64,000 nucleotides of DNA from Callorhinchus milii (lineage: Eukaryota), in the NCBI RefSeq assembly GCF_018977255.1, contig NW_024704742.1, positions 41,046,001 through 41,110,000 on the forward strand, in the 5' to 3' direction. Position numbers and translations under genes: made by a program. The number at the start of each line of letters is the position of its first letter. Position 1 is the first letter of the stretch. Under the pieces are notes generated by a model that was given only the letters and a program-made list of their open reading frames with translations, did no database searches and was not told the DNA's origin. Positions 49,132-61,380 of this stretch are shown here, piece after piece.

Positions 49132-51894
49132 AGTTGGGCTGAAAGGCAGACAGGCCTCAGTTTAATGTCTCATCCGAGACAATTAATGGGTTTTTTTTAA
49201 TAAGAAATTTAGTTAGAATTCCTGTGAGCCTGGTGAAGTCTCCAGACACAGATCAATCATGTCAAAGCAGTGTGGGTCAGCATGACAAATTTTCAGTTAC
49301 ATTTTTGCCTGACTCAGATTTGGATGCTTTTCCTTGAATCCACTAAATACTGAACTGGTGCAGCACACTTGTTTAGATGTGCCACCTCTTAAATTCACCT
49401 TGCGCTGCCTACACTTCCCTCAAAATGAGAGGAAATATGCCCCCAATTCTATGCACAAGCAGGTCACCAGACAATACGTGGATCTTGGCTGGGAAGATTC
49501 CCCTTTCAGCTTTCTCACATCTTAGAGGAAGCATTTCACTTCCTTTCCGTACATTCCGTGTTTATCCAGAGCAAATTTGGATTCCATATTGTTTGGAGCT
49601 GTGGGTTCAAACAATAGGCCCCACATTCAAAGGACAGATGCAACCATTCTGATGAGTATGCCAAGGATATCTGAGATAACTGTAGAACAAGAATAGTACA
49701 GTTTCTTCATTTGGATAAGAGATCAAGAATGAATTCAAGCCCTGGGTGATGATCTCCTGCATTAATCTCTCCTATTTCAGTACAGAGCCTGCCCGGTCCC
49801 AGTCCCACACCTGTCATTTCAGGCTACGTCAGCGTGACTTGACCAATGATTCAAAATAAATCCGTTATTCGTTATCAGTGCACCAGTGTCGCCTGGAAGG
49901 AACTCAGGCTAGTTACAGGAAAAGGGTGGTGGTGCGGTCATAACTTCCTGCTGGCCTGTGCAGCGGTTCAGTTATTCAATGGATTGTTTTTGCCGTTAAT
50001 AGCTATTCCTGGAGTTGCTTCTCTCGGTACATGGACTGAGGCAAGATATCCTGTCGATAGAACAGGCACAGCCCTTTTATTCTTGCTTTCAATTTGGCAA
50101 ATGTGGCACAAGAGCTAGAAGCAAAAATAACAGCTTATTTCCCCCTTTTTTATTAAGTTTCCCTCATAAAAAATATTCGAAAAAAATGTTCTTCTAAAAT
50201 GTTCTTCAGTAATGAAAATAAAAAAGCATTAAATGAGGAAAAGTCTATTAAGCAGACCCTTCCTACAGACCACACAAAAGCTCTGTCACTGGTTTCACCA
50301 CATTACTTAGGCTTCTCTTGGGCAGAAGGGAATTGCACTCCTTGAACACCATGTGTAATTGAACCAAACTCCATCTCCACATCTTCATGCTTTTAAACCC
50401 TGTCCTTTCCTTCCACTCCCCCCACCCGAGGATAGAAATCATGTTATCCCATGACTTTTTGTTCAGCAGTCAGCATCTATTTCTGGATCTTCAATATTAT
50501 TCACCATGTACCTAGTATTTTTTCTTGAAGAATAGTTTGACAGAGCATCAATTGCTTTTTTGGGGGAGTCTGTTCGAAACAAATCTGCTACACTTATTAG
50601 CGCACACATATTCTTCTAATGTCAAGTCCTACTAAGCCTATTCAAGTTTAAACATCCATTTCTGCTCTCATGATTTAAATCAAATAGTCTTCCTATACCC
50701 AAATCCTCTTTTCCTGAAAAGAATTGTGTTGGGAAAGTGGAATTTTCCACTACGAACTGCCTTTGAAACAAAGTTCATGAATTATTTTGAAAGGGAATTA
50801 GAGAGAATGCGTGGAATTAGTCTAATTGGTTCATTAGGATTAAAATATCAGATTTAATAGGCCAAATGGACTGTTTCTAGGTTGTAACAGTTTTAGAGAT
50901 CTAACACTCTCATCATATTATAGACCAGCATGATGTTCCCCAATCATCAAAACATTGGTGGTGATTTGAGTTACATCTCCCATTCTCAGAGAGTTCTAAT
51001 TCATTGAAGATAAACTGATGATAAAATAATCTTTGCATTTGCTACAGTGACTTTCAGGTCTGGAAGATGTTTCAAAGTGCTTCACAGGATTTACTGTAAA
51101 GTGTAGTGAATGTATTTTGTAGGTGAGCAATGGAAAAACAAGTACAAAATCCCAGCTTGATCGTAGAATTGTAACCTTGCCCTCTGAATACCATTGCTTT
51201 TCACTTGTCAAACACATTTCTTTATAGATTAGCAGGTTTCAAGTTAATTAATAAAATGTCACAATTGCTGAATAAACATAACCAGGTTTAACAGCAGGAA
51301 CTGTCTAGTTTTGTACTATCACCCCACTCCCATCAATGTATTGTAAAACAGAGGTGACTAGAAATGGCAAGCAAGAAATGTGGGAGTAGGAATAATTTAT
51401 GTGACTGGGATCACAAATAAGTGAAAATTATTAATATAAAATCAAAAAATCCCTTCAAAATTATATCATTCATTGAATTTAGAGAAATATCAGATACACT
51501 ATCCAGTGTTAGTGTCTTTGATTTTGATAGATTTGTAACAAATGATCATGAGGCGAATTAATGTAAGAAAAAAAAGGCGCATTGCGATGTGCGATGATCC
51601 CATGAACCAAAAATATGGTCAAAAACAATCCAGTTATTGACTGCTGCAGAGGTGACCATTTCCTCCCCTCCCCAGATGGTCGTGGGGCCAGCTGTTTGCA
51701 GCCTCTGCTATCTTTGTTATTAGTGATCACTGAACAGCCAATGTTGCAAAGCGGGTTAGTGCACAAATAATGACACACAGATTAGCACTAAATTTGTGGC
51801 TCATTCAGTCTGTGTCTTATTAACCCACATTTCAACATTGGCTAGTCCTGGAGCCGGCTGAAGACTTCAGCCACTGCTCCCTTTGTTATTCTGT

Positions 51895-52100
51895 AGGGCA
51901 GATCAGTCAGAGAGCAGGGAGTCAATCCACTCAGCTCAGCTCCTGTTAAATCTGCAAGCCAAAACCCTAATGGGTAAGGTGGTCCTAGCTGGACAAGCAG
52001 CGGGAAAGCTTACTAGACAGCAATATCAGTGGCAAGCTATGAGGCTTAGACTCCAGCAGTACCCCAACGCACACTCTGGGGTCCCCAAGTCTTGCTTGGC
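51895..52100 (+). repeat. Unclassified interspersed repeat, family B
   Basis: ctgcaagccaaaaccctaatgggtaag...cagcagtaccccaacgcacactctggggtcccc. Confidence 0.75.
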
Positions 52101-52107
52101 AAGTGAG

Positions 52108-52882
52108 TGGACCGAAGTTCGATTTCCGGGCAGAGAGAAACCTTTGGCAAGTTTCCTAATTTCACACGCCTCTGTTTACCTAGCAGTAAGTAGGAACCCG
52201 TTTTTTTAAATCGATTGGCATATCACATTCCGGGGGTAATAATACCTTTAAAAAGATAGAACCAGAGGGGAGACAAGAAGACATTTTTTATCCAGAAAGT
52301 TGTTATGGTCTGGAATGCACTGCCTGACAAGGTGGTGGAAGTAGATTTGATATTAGCTTTCAAAAGGGAACTAGATAGGTACTTAAAAAGGAAGAAGTTG
52401 CAGGGCTATGGGAGAAGAACGGGGAGTGGGACAAGTTGGTAGCTTTTTCAAAGAGCCGGCACAGGCATGATTGACCAAATGGCCTCCTTCTGTGCTGTAA
52501 AATTCTATGAATCTAATAATAATAATTTGGTCACTCAATCCACGAATGTTTGAGGGACACTGCTGTGTGCAATTGGCTGCCAAGTTTCGTCCACCAAATA
52601 TACAGTCAATTCACGTTAGTTTATTTTTTGAGATAATAATACTAATCCGATAATAAGCCTTGCATTTTGATATAGCACCTTATCAAGTCTTCTAGACATC
52701 TCAAAGCAGTTCACAGAATATACTGTAAAGTGAATTGACTGTATATTTTGTGGACAAAACACGGCAGCCAATTGCGCACATAAGTGTCCCACAAACAGTC
52801 GTGGATTCAGTGAGTTTATTTCAACGACATGATGTCTCAACGATGTGTTAAAGTACTATATCAAATGCAAGGATTATTATTA
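52108..52882 (+). mobile_element. Long-form SINE broken by a CR1 3' end (~52255-52512) and an inverted SINE half (~52655-52815)
   Basis: SINE pieces at ~52108-52250, 52514-52615 and 52830-52882 are collinear with the family; the insert has V..WN.LP..VVE and a tgtgctgtaaaattctatga end. Confidence 0.82.
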
Positions 52883-53059
52883 CGAGTGAATGGCTAGTGT
52901 GAAAGGATGGAAACATCAAGACCTTGGGGCATCAAGACCTGTTTTTCTGAGGTTGGTTTAAAGATTTTCAGTGGAGCAGTATACTATGAATTTAACTCTG
53001 GATATGGCTATGTTATATTCAAACTAATAATATTTGAAGCTTAGCAGGGGTGCCAAAAA

Positions 53060-53290
53060 CAACAACAACAAGATTACATTTGTATAGCACCTTTCACGTC
53101 GGCAGGACGTCCCAAGACGCTGGACAGTGTACAGCTTTTCAGACCCGAGCTGGGGTCAGGGGGAGTGAAGGGAGGGGAGGGAAAGTGGGGTGGCCGATGG
53201 CATGATCGAAGAGGAGGGTCTTGAGACGGGACTTGAAGGAGGCTAAGGAGGGGACGAAGTGGAGTGATTGGGGGTAAAAAGAGGTAAAAC
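53060..53290 (-). mobile_element. L2 3' end
   Basis: caacaacaagattacatttgtatagcacctttcacgtcggcaggacgtccc; same tail as 2952. Confidence 0.85.
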
Positions 53291-54074
53291 ATCTGAGCAT
53301 CAACATCCCTTATGGAAAGAGGATGAGAAGATTTTTTTTAAAAAAAGTTTTAAAATCTGTCTCCTTTTGGAGTAATTTCTGACTGAGAGGCACTTCAGAG
53401 ATTACAGGGAGCAATGGGGAGTGCTGGGAGCCTGAGGCTAGGTGGTAAAATGTCATAGCTCAGCATCCTCACCTCAGTAATGCCACAGGAAGAGAGACTC
53501 AAAAGGCCAGCCTCGGCAAGGTAACTTTATAAAACTGAATTTTACATTTAAAATACTTTGTAAATTATAACATGCATATGTGCACAATCGCACAGTGCTT
53601 AATTGAAAAGCTGTCATTTGAACTTACTCCTTACTCAGACGTGCGTATTGTGCTAAATATTCTCTTTGTTAACAGTGTGGAAGTGTTGCAGCGCAATTTG
53701 TAAAGACTGACATGTCTTTTTCTAATAAAGGTGATTCTTCTTCAGGTCCCCTTCAGAAGAGCAAACATCATTTGGTTCCCATCTAGTTAAGCTGTTGACT
53801 GCCACAGTGTCTGAACACGGGCAACATCTTTATATAGTGTCTGTCTGCCCCCTAAACCATCTGTGTCAACTGACTGCTTTCTCTTTCACGTCAGACTATT
53901 TTTATTTTTGTTCTGAATCAATTTTCCAGTCTTGAAATAAGATTATAAATGCAATTTGTTTATAAAGGGTGAGATGTTTTTGTTTAAACCCATCATCCCC
54001 GAAATCCAAGGCAATGAATGGATCATTAGTTTAATAGCTTTTCTTAGATGAGTGTCTGCATGGACTTCTATTCA

Positions 54075-54350
54075 ACAACAATAATAACCTGCATTTATGC
54101 ATCACTTTTCAACTAGAGTAACATCTCAAAGTGCTTTACGGAGACAGTGCCAAACACCAAGCAGAAGGAGGGAGGCGACAGAAGGCACGGTTGAAAAGCT
54201 AGGGTTTCAAGAGGCTTTGAAAGACAGATTGAGATGGAGCAAGGCAGAGGGATTTAGGGAGGGAGATGCAGAGGAGGAGTATAGTGGCTGTGATTTGGCG
54301 ACCAATAGTAGGGTGAGGGGTGGTGAGGTGGGGAGAGGAATGTGCAACAG
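54075..54350 (-). mobile_element. L2 3' end, older
   Basis: caacaataataacctgcatttat...aaagtgctttac...ggttgaaaagctagggtttcaag. Confidence 0.7.
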
Positions 54351-54589
54351 GCCCAAGGAACCCAAATTTCTACTTGAATTCCTGCTCATACAGATTGAAG
54401 CCAGGATCACCTTTTCCCACCAGGCAATGATGTATCAAAGCATAATTTGCAATTACAAAAGTGGATTCCAACGTATCTCGGGACATTCCATGAATAGGTG
54501 AAATAATGGAACACTCTGTTTGGTGTCAGACATCGGGCTGTCTAAAAAAAATATTTTTTACACTGGACCTCAGATATTCTAATAATTGC

Positions 54590-55030
54590 ATTTGGTACAG
54601 AATCTTACCACATAGAAACATCTTGCAGCAACCCACCAGTGAGGTACTTTTATCTATAGTGACTTGTTAATTAGCAAAATGAGGAGATTATGAACAAACA
54701 ACAAGATTTAATCTGTTTATTGTTAGTGAATTTAAACAGGGAAGGCTGTTGGCCAGGCATTAAGAAAGCTCACTGCATTTTAACAGACTGTTGTGGGTTC
54801 TTTAAACATAAATAACTGAACCATGACAGGAGGCAGAAAAGACCACAGTGTAAGATCTCATTTTAAAAAAACTGACTTTGCATCACCATGGCTTTTTTCA
54901 GTCCTGTACAATCATAAAACATCTCCAAAGATTTTTCTTAGAAAAGCACTTCCTTAGAACTGTGTTGGAGCCTATATTATTAGCTCAAGTCCTGGTGGCA
55001 GCTTGAACCCGCAGATTTCCGACCCAAGAG
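54590..55030 (-). mobile_element. Very decayed Deu-domain SINE
   Basis: tagctcaagtcctggtggcagcttgaaccc head motif and scattered Deu-like pieces. Confidence 0.5.
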
Positions 55031-55339
55031 TATTTTGATCCTGGAGGCCTGAGTGGAATGACTATTATCTTGAAATCACTGCTCAATGATCGAATCTTTC
55101 TGCTCACATTCTTGCAAGAGTCAGTGTGACTGTGGAATCAAACCAGGGAGAAATGTGAAGCACTAATTATGTACAAAACACTTTTGCGCGTCTATCAGAC
55201 TAGCACTTACAAAACACGTATTTTGACAACCCCTTTTCAACTCTTCATAATATATCATGCCCTACATAAAAGTAGGGAAAAGTGTGCAACTGCTGCATAA
55301 TGTATAAAATGTTCTGCACAAATAATCCTCAATACCCTA

Positions 55340-55500
55340 CAAGATACATTTACTGAGAAAGATAGGTTAATGTCCCAAGTGTGACCCTTCATCTCTGTGA
55401 GCTGTGATGCAGTCATGCCCGCAAGGTTAACCGAGCTTTCGCTTCTACCTGCTGTGGATCTGCCTTAATTTCAGATTTCTAGCATTCAGTTTTCCTTTTT
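55340..55500. mobile_element. Palindromic Penelope-derived relic with two degenerate hammerhead-like arms
   Basis: ggttaatgtcccaagtgtgacccttcatc - spacer - gtgatgcagtcatgcccgcaaggttaacc, then cctgctg..tctagcatt. Confidence 0.55.
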
Positions 55501-56329
55501 AATAAAGATTCTATTTATCTGTCTGAGCACCAAAACAATTTTACTCACTGAAACTCAATAATTTGCAACACATCTTCATCAGTTTGCTATGAATACACCG
55601 GAATATGTTTATATATACACATACTTACGCATATTAGACATGAGCTGCGTTTCACTTATTCTGCAACAGAAGGAGTTGCTCAGGCCCTGAAGGCATTGTA
55701 ACAGATCTCTAGTCCTGGAGGGATAAACTATGGGAAACAATAATAATAATAATAATCCTTGCATTTGATATAACGCCTTATCATGTCTCAAAATGCTTCA
55801 CAGAACATAACTATATAAACTGGAGCTTTCCATCCTCAGACAGAGGGGGCATTACAAAGATGCACAAGATGTTGAACCGGATTGAGAAAATAAACCCAGC
55901 ATAAAACTCTCCGATAAGCAGAGGACAGAAGGGCACAGGTTCAGAGGACAGGTTTAGGACAGACACTAAAGGTTCAACATTCTTAGCATTAAAACCACAG
56001 CCTTGGTGGTTAATACTGAGCAAAACCACACAAAATCCTTAAATTCAATTGTAATTTGGAAACAGATATCTGTAGTTCTTTTTCAAAGGGTTAATAGACT
56101 CAGCATGAACTTTTCTTGTTGGCATCTGTTCACACGTCCACTAATAAAAACATCTTAAAGCACTTTACAAAGTTTTTCTGTGAAGTATAATATCTGTATA
56201 GTAATTTGGGGAAGGAATCTGATGTCTGCTATTTCTTGACACTTGTTAATTTTTATTCTGTGCCCTGTTTTTTGGCAACAATGGTCCATGTCAAAAAGCT
56301 TTCTTTTATCTACAACATCAGAAGTATAA

Positions 56330-56757
56330 TAATAATAATACTTACATTTGGTACAGCCCCTTTCACATCAAGAGGACTTTCTAAAGTGCTTCACAGTATA
56401 TATTGCAAACATATTGGGGTAACTGTGTGCTTTGTGGGTGAAATTGGCAGTCAATTTTTGTGCCCAGCAATGACCCACAGCAATGAAGTGAGTGACCAAT
56501 TTTATTGTAGGGGACACTGGTAGAATCTCCCTTCTCTTTTTGAACAGTAGCATGGGATATTTCTAACGTCCACCTGAACAGGCTTTCGGTTTAATGTCTT
56601 ACCTGAAGGACGGCATTTCCAACAAATAAACACACACCCAGCAGCACTGCATTAGAGGGTCAGTTTAGACAACATGACTTCCAAATCCTGACATATTTCT
56701 TGAACCCATAAGCTTCTGACTCAGAGGTGGGATTGCTATCAACTAAGCGAGGCTGAT
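56330..56757 (-). mobile_element. Older Deu-domain SINE, near full length
   Basis: Head (tcagcctcgcttagttgatagc...gagtcagaagcttatgggttcaag), Deu domain and tail all present on the minus strand. Confidence 0.82.
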
Positions 56758-56959
56758 AAACTATCTGTGGCCTTCAGCAATATTGACATTAAAAGGACAA
56801 TATTTGCAACTGGATTCATAAATCTTGAATCCTACCAGTAACAGGCACTGTGTCATGCCAACCTTCAGGAACTCTACTCCGATGCAAGCCCCTACCAGGC
56901 ACATCAAACCAGAGTTCCGTAACTTAGCAATACCGGCCACCAACAAGCTGATCCATTGC

Positions 56960-57341
56960 AATAATAATACTTGCATTTGATATATCACCTTATCACATTG
57001 TTGAGACGTCTCAAAGCGCTTCACAGAATATACTGTAAAGTGAATTTACTGCATTTTGTGGGTGAAACGCGACAGCCGATTGCGCACAGCAGTGTCCCAC
57101 AAACAGTCATGGATTGAGTGACCAAATTTTTGTATTACAATTTTTTTTGGGGTGGGGGAGGGATTATTATCCCCATACAGTGATCTGCCAATCGATTAAT
57201 AACCTGGTTCCTACTAACTGCTAAGTAAACAGAGGCGTGTGGAGTAAGGAAACTTCACTATGGTTTCGCCCTGCCCAGGAATTGAACCTGCGTCCTCTTT
57301 CTTGTGAGGCGAGTGCTTTAGCCATTACTCTACAGGACTCC
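56960..57341 (-). mobile_element. tRNA-Ala SINE, long form, full length
   Basis: Reverse complement from GGAGTCCTGTAG to the tail. Confidence 0.93.
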
Positions 57342-57662
57342 TTTGTAACTCCAGTGTTTTTAACTCCTTAAAGACAAGGTGAATCTCCTCTTCAATCTTT
57401 TTTCATAATCTCTCAGGCTGCGCATTTTAATTCTTAGATGTTGAAAATCCTTATGAATTCCACATTACAATTCAATGAAGATGCTTTCCTTTGCCTGATC
57501 AACTCTCTGTGTACCTGTTCAGCTTGAACTGGCGGTTGATAGCAGCTGCCTGTTACTACTTTGTTGCCCTTATCGTATTAATTTGTAGGCAAATTGCTTC
57601 TGCCATGTTCCCTTCTGTTTTTATTTCCATCCTCATGATAGCTGTTTATGTCTTAGCTTACC

Positions 57663-58018
57663 AATAATAATCCTTGCATTTGATATAGCGCTTTTCACGT
57701 CTTCTAGACATCTCAAAGTGCTTCACAGAATATACTATAAAGTGAATTGATTGTATATTTATGGTCGAAACACGGCAGCCAATTGCGCACAGCAGTCGTG
57801 GATTGAGTGACCAAATTATTATTGTTTTCTTTTAGGGATTATTATCCCCGGAAAAGCGATCTGCCAGTTGACTAACAATCGGTACCGTTCCTACTTACTG
57901 CTGGGTAAACAGAGGTCTGTGGAGTAAGGAAACGTGCCCAACGTTTCGCCTGCCGGGAATTGAACCCAGGTCTCTTGATTGTGAGACAACTGCTCTAACC
58001 ACTGAGCTAAAGGAATCC
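57663..58018 (-). mobile_element. tRNA-Ala SINE, long form, with a small core deletion
   Basis: Reverse complement; lacks the tgtttgtgggacac part of the core. Confidence 0.92.
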
Positions 58019-58904
58019 ATAATGCCACTGTTTCACCTCGCACTCCCCTTAGCCTGGTACTTATGGAATTTAAAAAGAATTTAAGGTCTTTTCAAATGGA
58101 CTTTGAGCAGGCCATAGATCCATCTTTGTCAAATAGTCCGTGCCCTCGAATTCTCTTGTCCATATTCTGCTTGTTTCCGGAATACCAGTAACCGTGATAT
58201 TTTTGCTAACTTCATTTATTGTCGCTGTAATTCCACATTTGTTTTAAATTATCTTTATATTAGAATCAAAGCATTAAAAGCTTATCCCTCAGGACTTCAT
58301 TATCATTATTTAAGTCCATCGCTCACTCATCTAGCCAATCTCTGACATATCATCTAGAATATGAGAACCCAAAATGAGCACATTTACTTCACAACTTTTT
58401 TAAAAATCCTATCACTGCAATGAGAGTACGGAAACATTTATTTGGGGTTTTAACAAGTCATTCAGAACTAATTTGCTTTCTGCTTTATTCACTGACAAAC
58501 GGAGGTTGTATCCATCCCCAAATCAGATAGTATTTGACCTCTATTTCGTAATATAAATCATTCAAGTCATGCATTCTCAATCGATCACGAGGTCACAAGA
58601 GATTTGGATGAAAAAGCCCCTCAAGTTTCATCTCACCCTTCCAGAATACCAATCTTGCTCTCTTCCTAATACAGCATGAAGCTGATTCTTAAATGAGTTC
58701 AGTGTCCCAACCTGAAATCAACTTTCCTAGTAACTTGTTCCAACTGTTGATTGTCATGTGTGTAAAGAAATACTGCCTGGTGTCTATCCAAGCCTACCCT
58801 CACAATCCTGAATCACTGCCTTCTTGCCGTGTTGCTATATCTGAAAGTATTGTTCTGAGATTTCTTTCTCTATCCCGTTAAAAACATAAATACCTTTTTT
58901 AGGA

Positions 58905-59118
58905 TAAAAATACTTGCATTTGATATAGCGCCTTAGCGCATCGTTGAGACGACTCATAAAGTGCGTCACAGGATATACTGTAAAGTGGATTCACTGTGTA
59001 ATTTATGGGCAAATGCGGTATCCAATTGCACACAGCAGTGTCCCACAAGCAGTCGTAGATTGAGTGACCAATTTTTTTTGAGTGTTTATTATTAAGATCT
59101 TTTGAGGGATTATTATTC
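58905..59118 (-). mobile_element. SINE 3' half
   Basis: Core and tail. Confidence 0.88.
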
Positions 59119-59339
59119 TGAGACATCTCTTCTCGAGTCTGAAGCGCTCTAGTTTATCTAGCTCTTCCTCGTAGCCCGTGCCTCTAACACTGGGAATGCC
59201 AAGGCAAGGAAGCCCACTTCATGTTAATTCATGGATGTCTGCCAATGTAAAGAGGCAGAAGGTTTGCAGCTGAATCTGCTACCTGTGCGCAGCTTGCATC
59301 TGAGCATACTGTGACTCCCGGCACTCGGAAACCCAACAC

Positions 59340-59510
59340 AAGAACTCAAGCTCAGAAGGTGAGCAGACAGTTCAGATTTAATTACGTTACCCAGCGAATG
59401 GTGAATATATTTAATAGACTACCCAGGGAGGTGGTAGAGGAAGATTGTATCAAAATTCAAGAAAGAATTAGATAGCTCTTTGGCAAATTATTTAACAGAA
59501 TAAGGAATAT
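59340..59510 (+). mobile_element. CR1 3' fragment
   Basis: TQRMVNIFNRLPREVVEED...FKKELD, a typical CR1 C-terminus. Confidence 0.78.
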
Positions 59511-59627
59511 TGTACAGATTATAATTTTTAGATAATTGACTTTGAAACCAGTGGTTTTTTTATCCTGTTCTGTGGATTATTCCCATGATGTAAACCCCAC
59601 CCACCCCCATTTTATTGTTTGTTTTTA

Positions 59628-59827
59628 AAGGATAAACAATTTTAAAAAAATGTTTTCTTGTGGTTCTATGACAGACCCGCACTTCTAGGGGAATTTCAAT
59701 GTTGAAAGAACTAGGGTTTAATTATCAAGGATAGAAATAGATTTGAAAAAAAAGTTTTCTTGCGGTTTTATGACAGACCCACACTTCCAGATACTGTCAT
59801 TGATGAAAGAGTTAAGGATTAATTATC
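59628..59827. repeat. Diverged ~100-bp tandem duplication
   Basis: aaggata...gttttcttgYggttYtatgacagacccRcactt...gaaaga...taattatc twice (59628-59726, 59727-59827). Confidence 0.88.
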
Positions 59828-61074
59828 TTAAGAGTTCTTGTCCACAACGAAGATTTCTTTAAAGAGTCTCTATTCAATAAATTCACAAACTCCCCTAACA
59901 CGATCAAAAGTGTAGAAAGAAAAAATCATTAAGATAAACATTTCCACTAGGAAGAGGAGCTGAGCTTTTTTCAGTTCGAAAAGTAGTGTGTTTTTGTCTG
60001 ACCTGCTTGGACTCTTTCAAAGGCGTGTTTAAATTAAGTCAGTGTGTGGTCTGCTTCAGGAACAGAACTCCCGAGACATTTGTGATGAAAAGTGGAGCTA
60101 GCTTACAGACAGCGAATTAATAGTAACATTACCAAATACTTCGACAAAACGAATAAAGAATATTGGATAGTTGTATGAATAAAGTTGAATTTTCCACCAA
60201 TATTAAATACAAGTGCTAATGCTTTAAAAGCAAAAAAAGGAAGCAGTGGACCGCCCAGGAGGACACAAATCCAAATCTCAATCTTGAACGTCAAGAAAGA
60301 AGGAGAGGAAAGATGGATGAGGGACGTGAAGTTACACGGCCCTTCAGTATAGTGCTCACTCATTTTTAGCATTTCCAGGCCGTCAGGTCACTGTTGATGT
60401 CACTTGCTGCGCATTGCGCATCAACAAAAATACCAACAAATTGCATTTATTCGGAGCCTTTCATGTCAGGAGGACGTCCCAAGGTGCTGGATAGTCGAGG
60501 ATTTGTACTCACATGCGCACTATGTGTAGGAAGCGGCACTAATGTCACTTCCTGCGCATGTATTGTATGCAAAGAAGCACCCGGATGTCACTTCTCAAAG
60601 GAAGCGATGTCAGTAGCATCTCTTGTCCAAAACACCCATGAAATTATGTCAACAGTGACCTGACAATCTTCAAGTCATTTCACTTGTATAACGTAACCTC
60701 TGAGCTATTTCAGAAGACTGCTTTATAATGAGGTCCCCTACATTTATTTTAATGATTTTTGTTTTCAATTCACACTATAATACAAACCTCGATGGTGAAT
60801 TAATTTCTAGTAACTTCCCCCCTCCTGTCACATGACCTTATTCTAAACTGACTCTCACAGTCATTCAAATTGCTCATGCTACAAAATTGCTCCCTTTTCT
60901 CCACTGACTGTGGGTTTTATTAGATTTACAGAGTAACAAATTTCACACCCGTGTGCAGTGCGTGTGCACACACACACACACACAAGTGCACAACAATTAG
61001 ATCCCTATAATGTTTTCCACCTAGACCTTCACCTATCTTCAATGTTATTCTAGTGGTGGTGATGGGGAGAAACA

Positions 61075-61380
61075 ACAACTAACAACAAATTGCTTTTGTA
61101 TAGCGCCTTTCACGTCAGGAGGATGTCCCAAGGCGCAGTACAGTCAAGGGTTTGCACACAAGTTGGGGGTTGGAATCAAGAGGGGTGGGATGGGAGGACG
61201 ACCAAAGACACGAACAAAGAGGAAGGTCTTGAGACGAGCCTTGAGAGAGGGGGCGAGGCAAAGAGATTCTGGGATGGAGTTCGATGGTGGGGCAGGCAGG
61301 GGGCATGGAGCAGGGCATTGCCTGTCGAACGGAGGTAGCAGGTGGATTGGTAAGGTCACGGGGGTAGGGAGGAGTTATAA
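61075..61380 (-). mobile_element. L2 3' end
   Basis: SIPESLCLAPSLKARLKTFLF translation and L2 tail. Confidence 0.85.
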
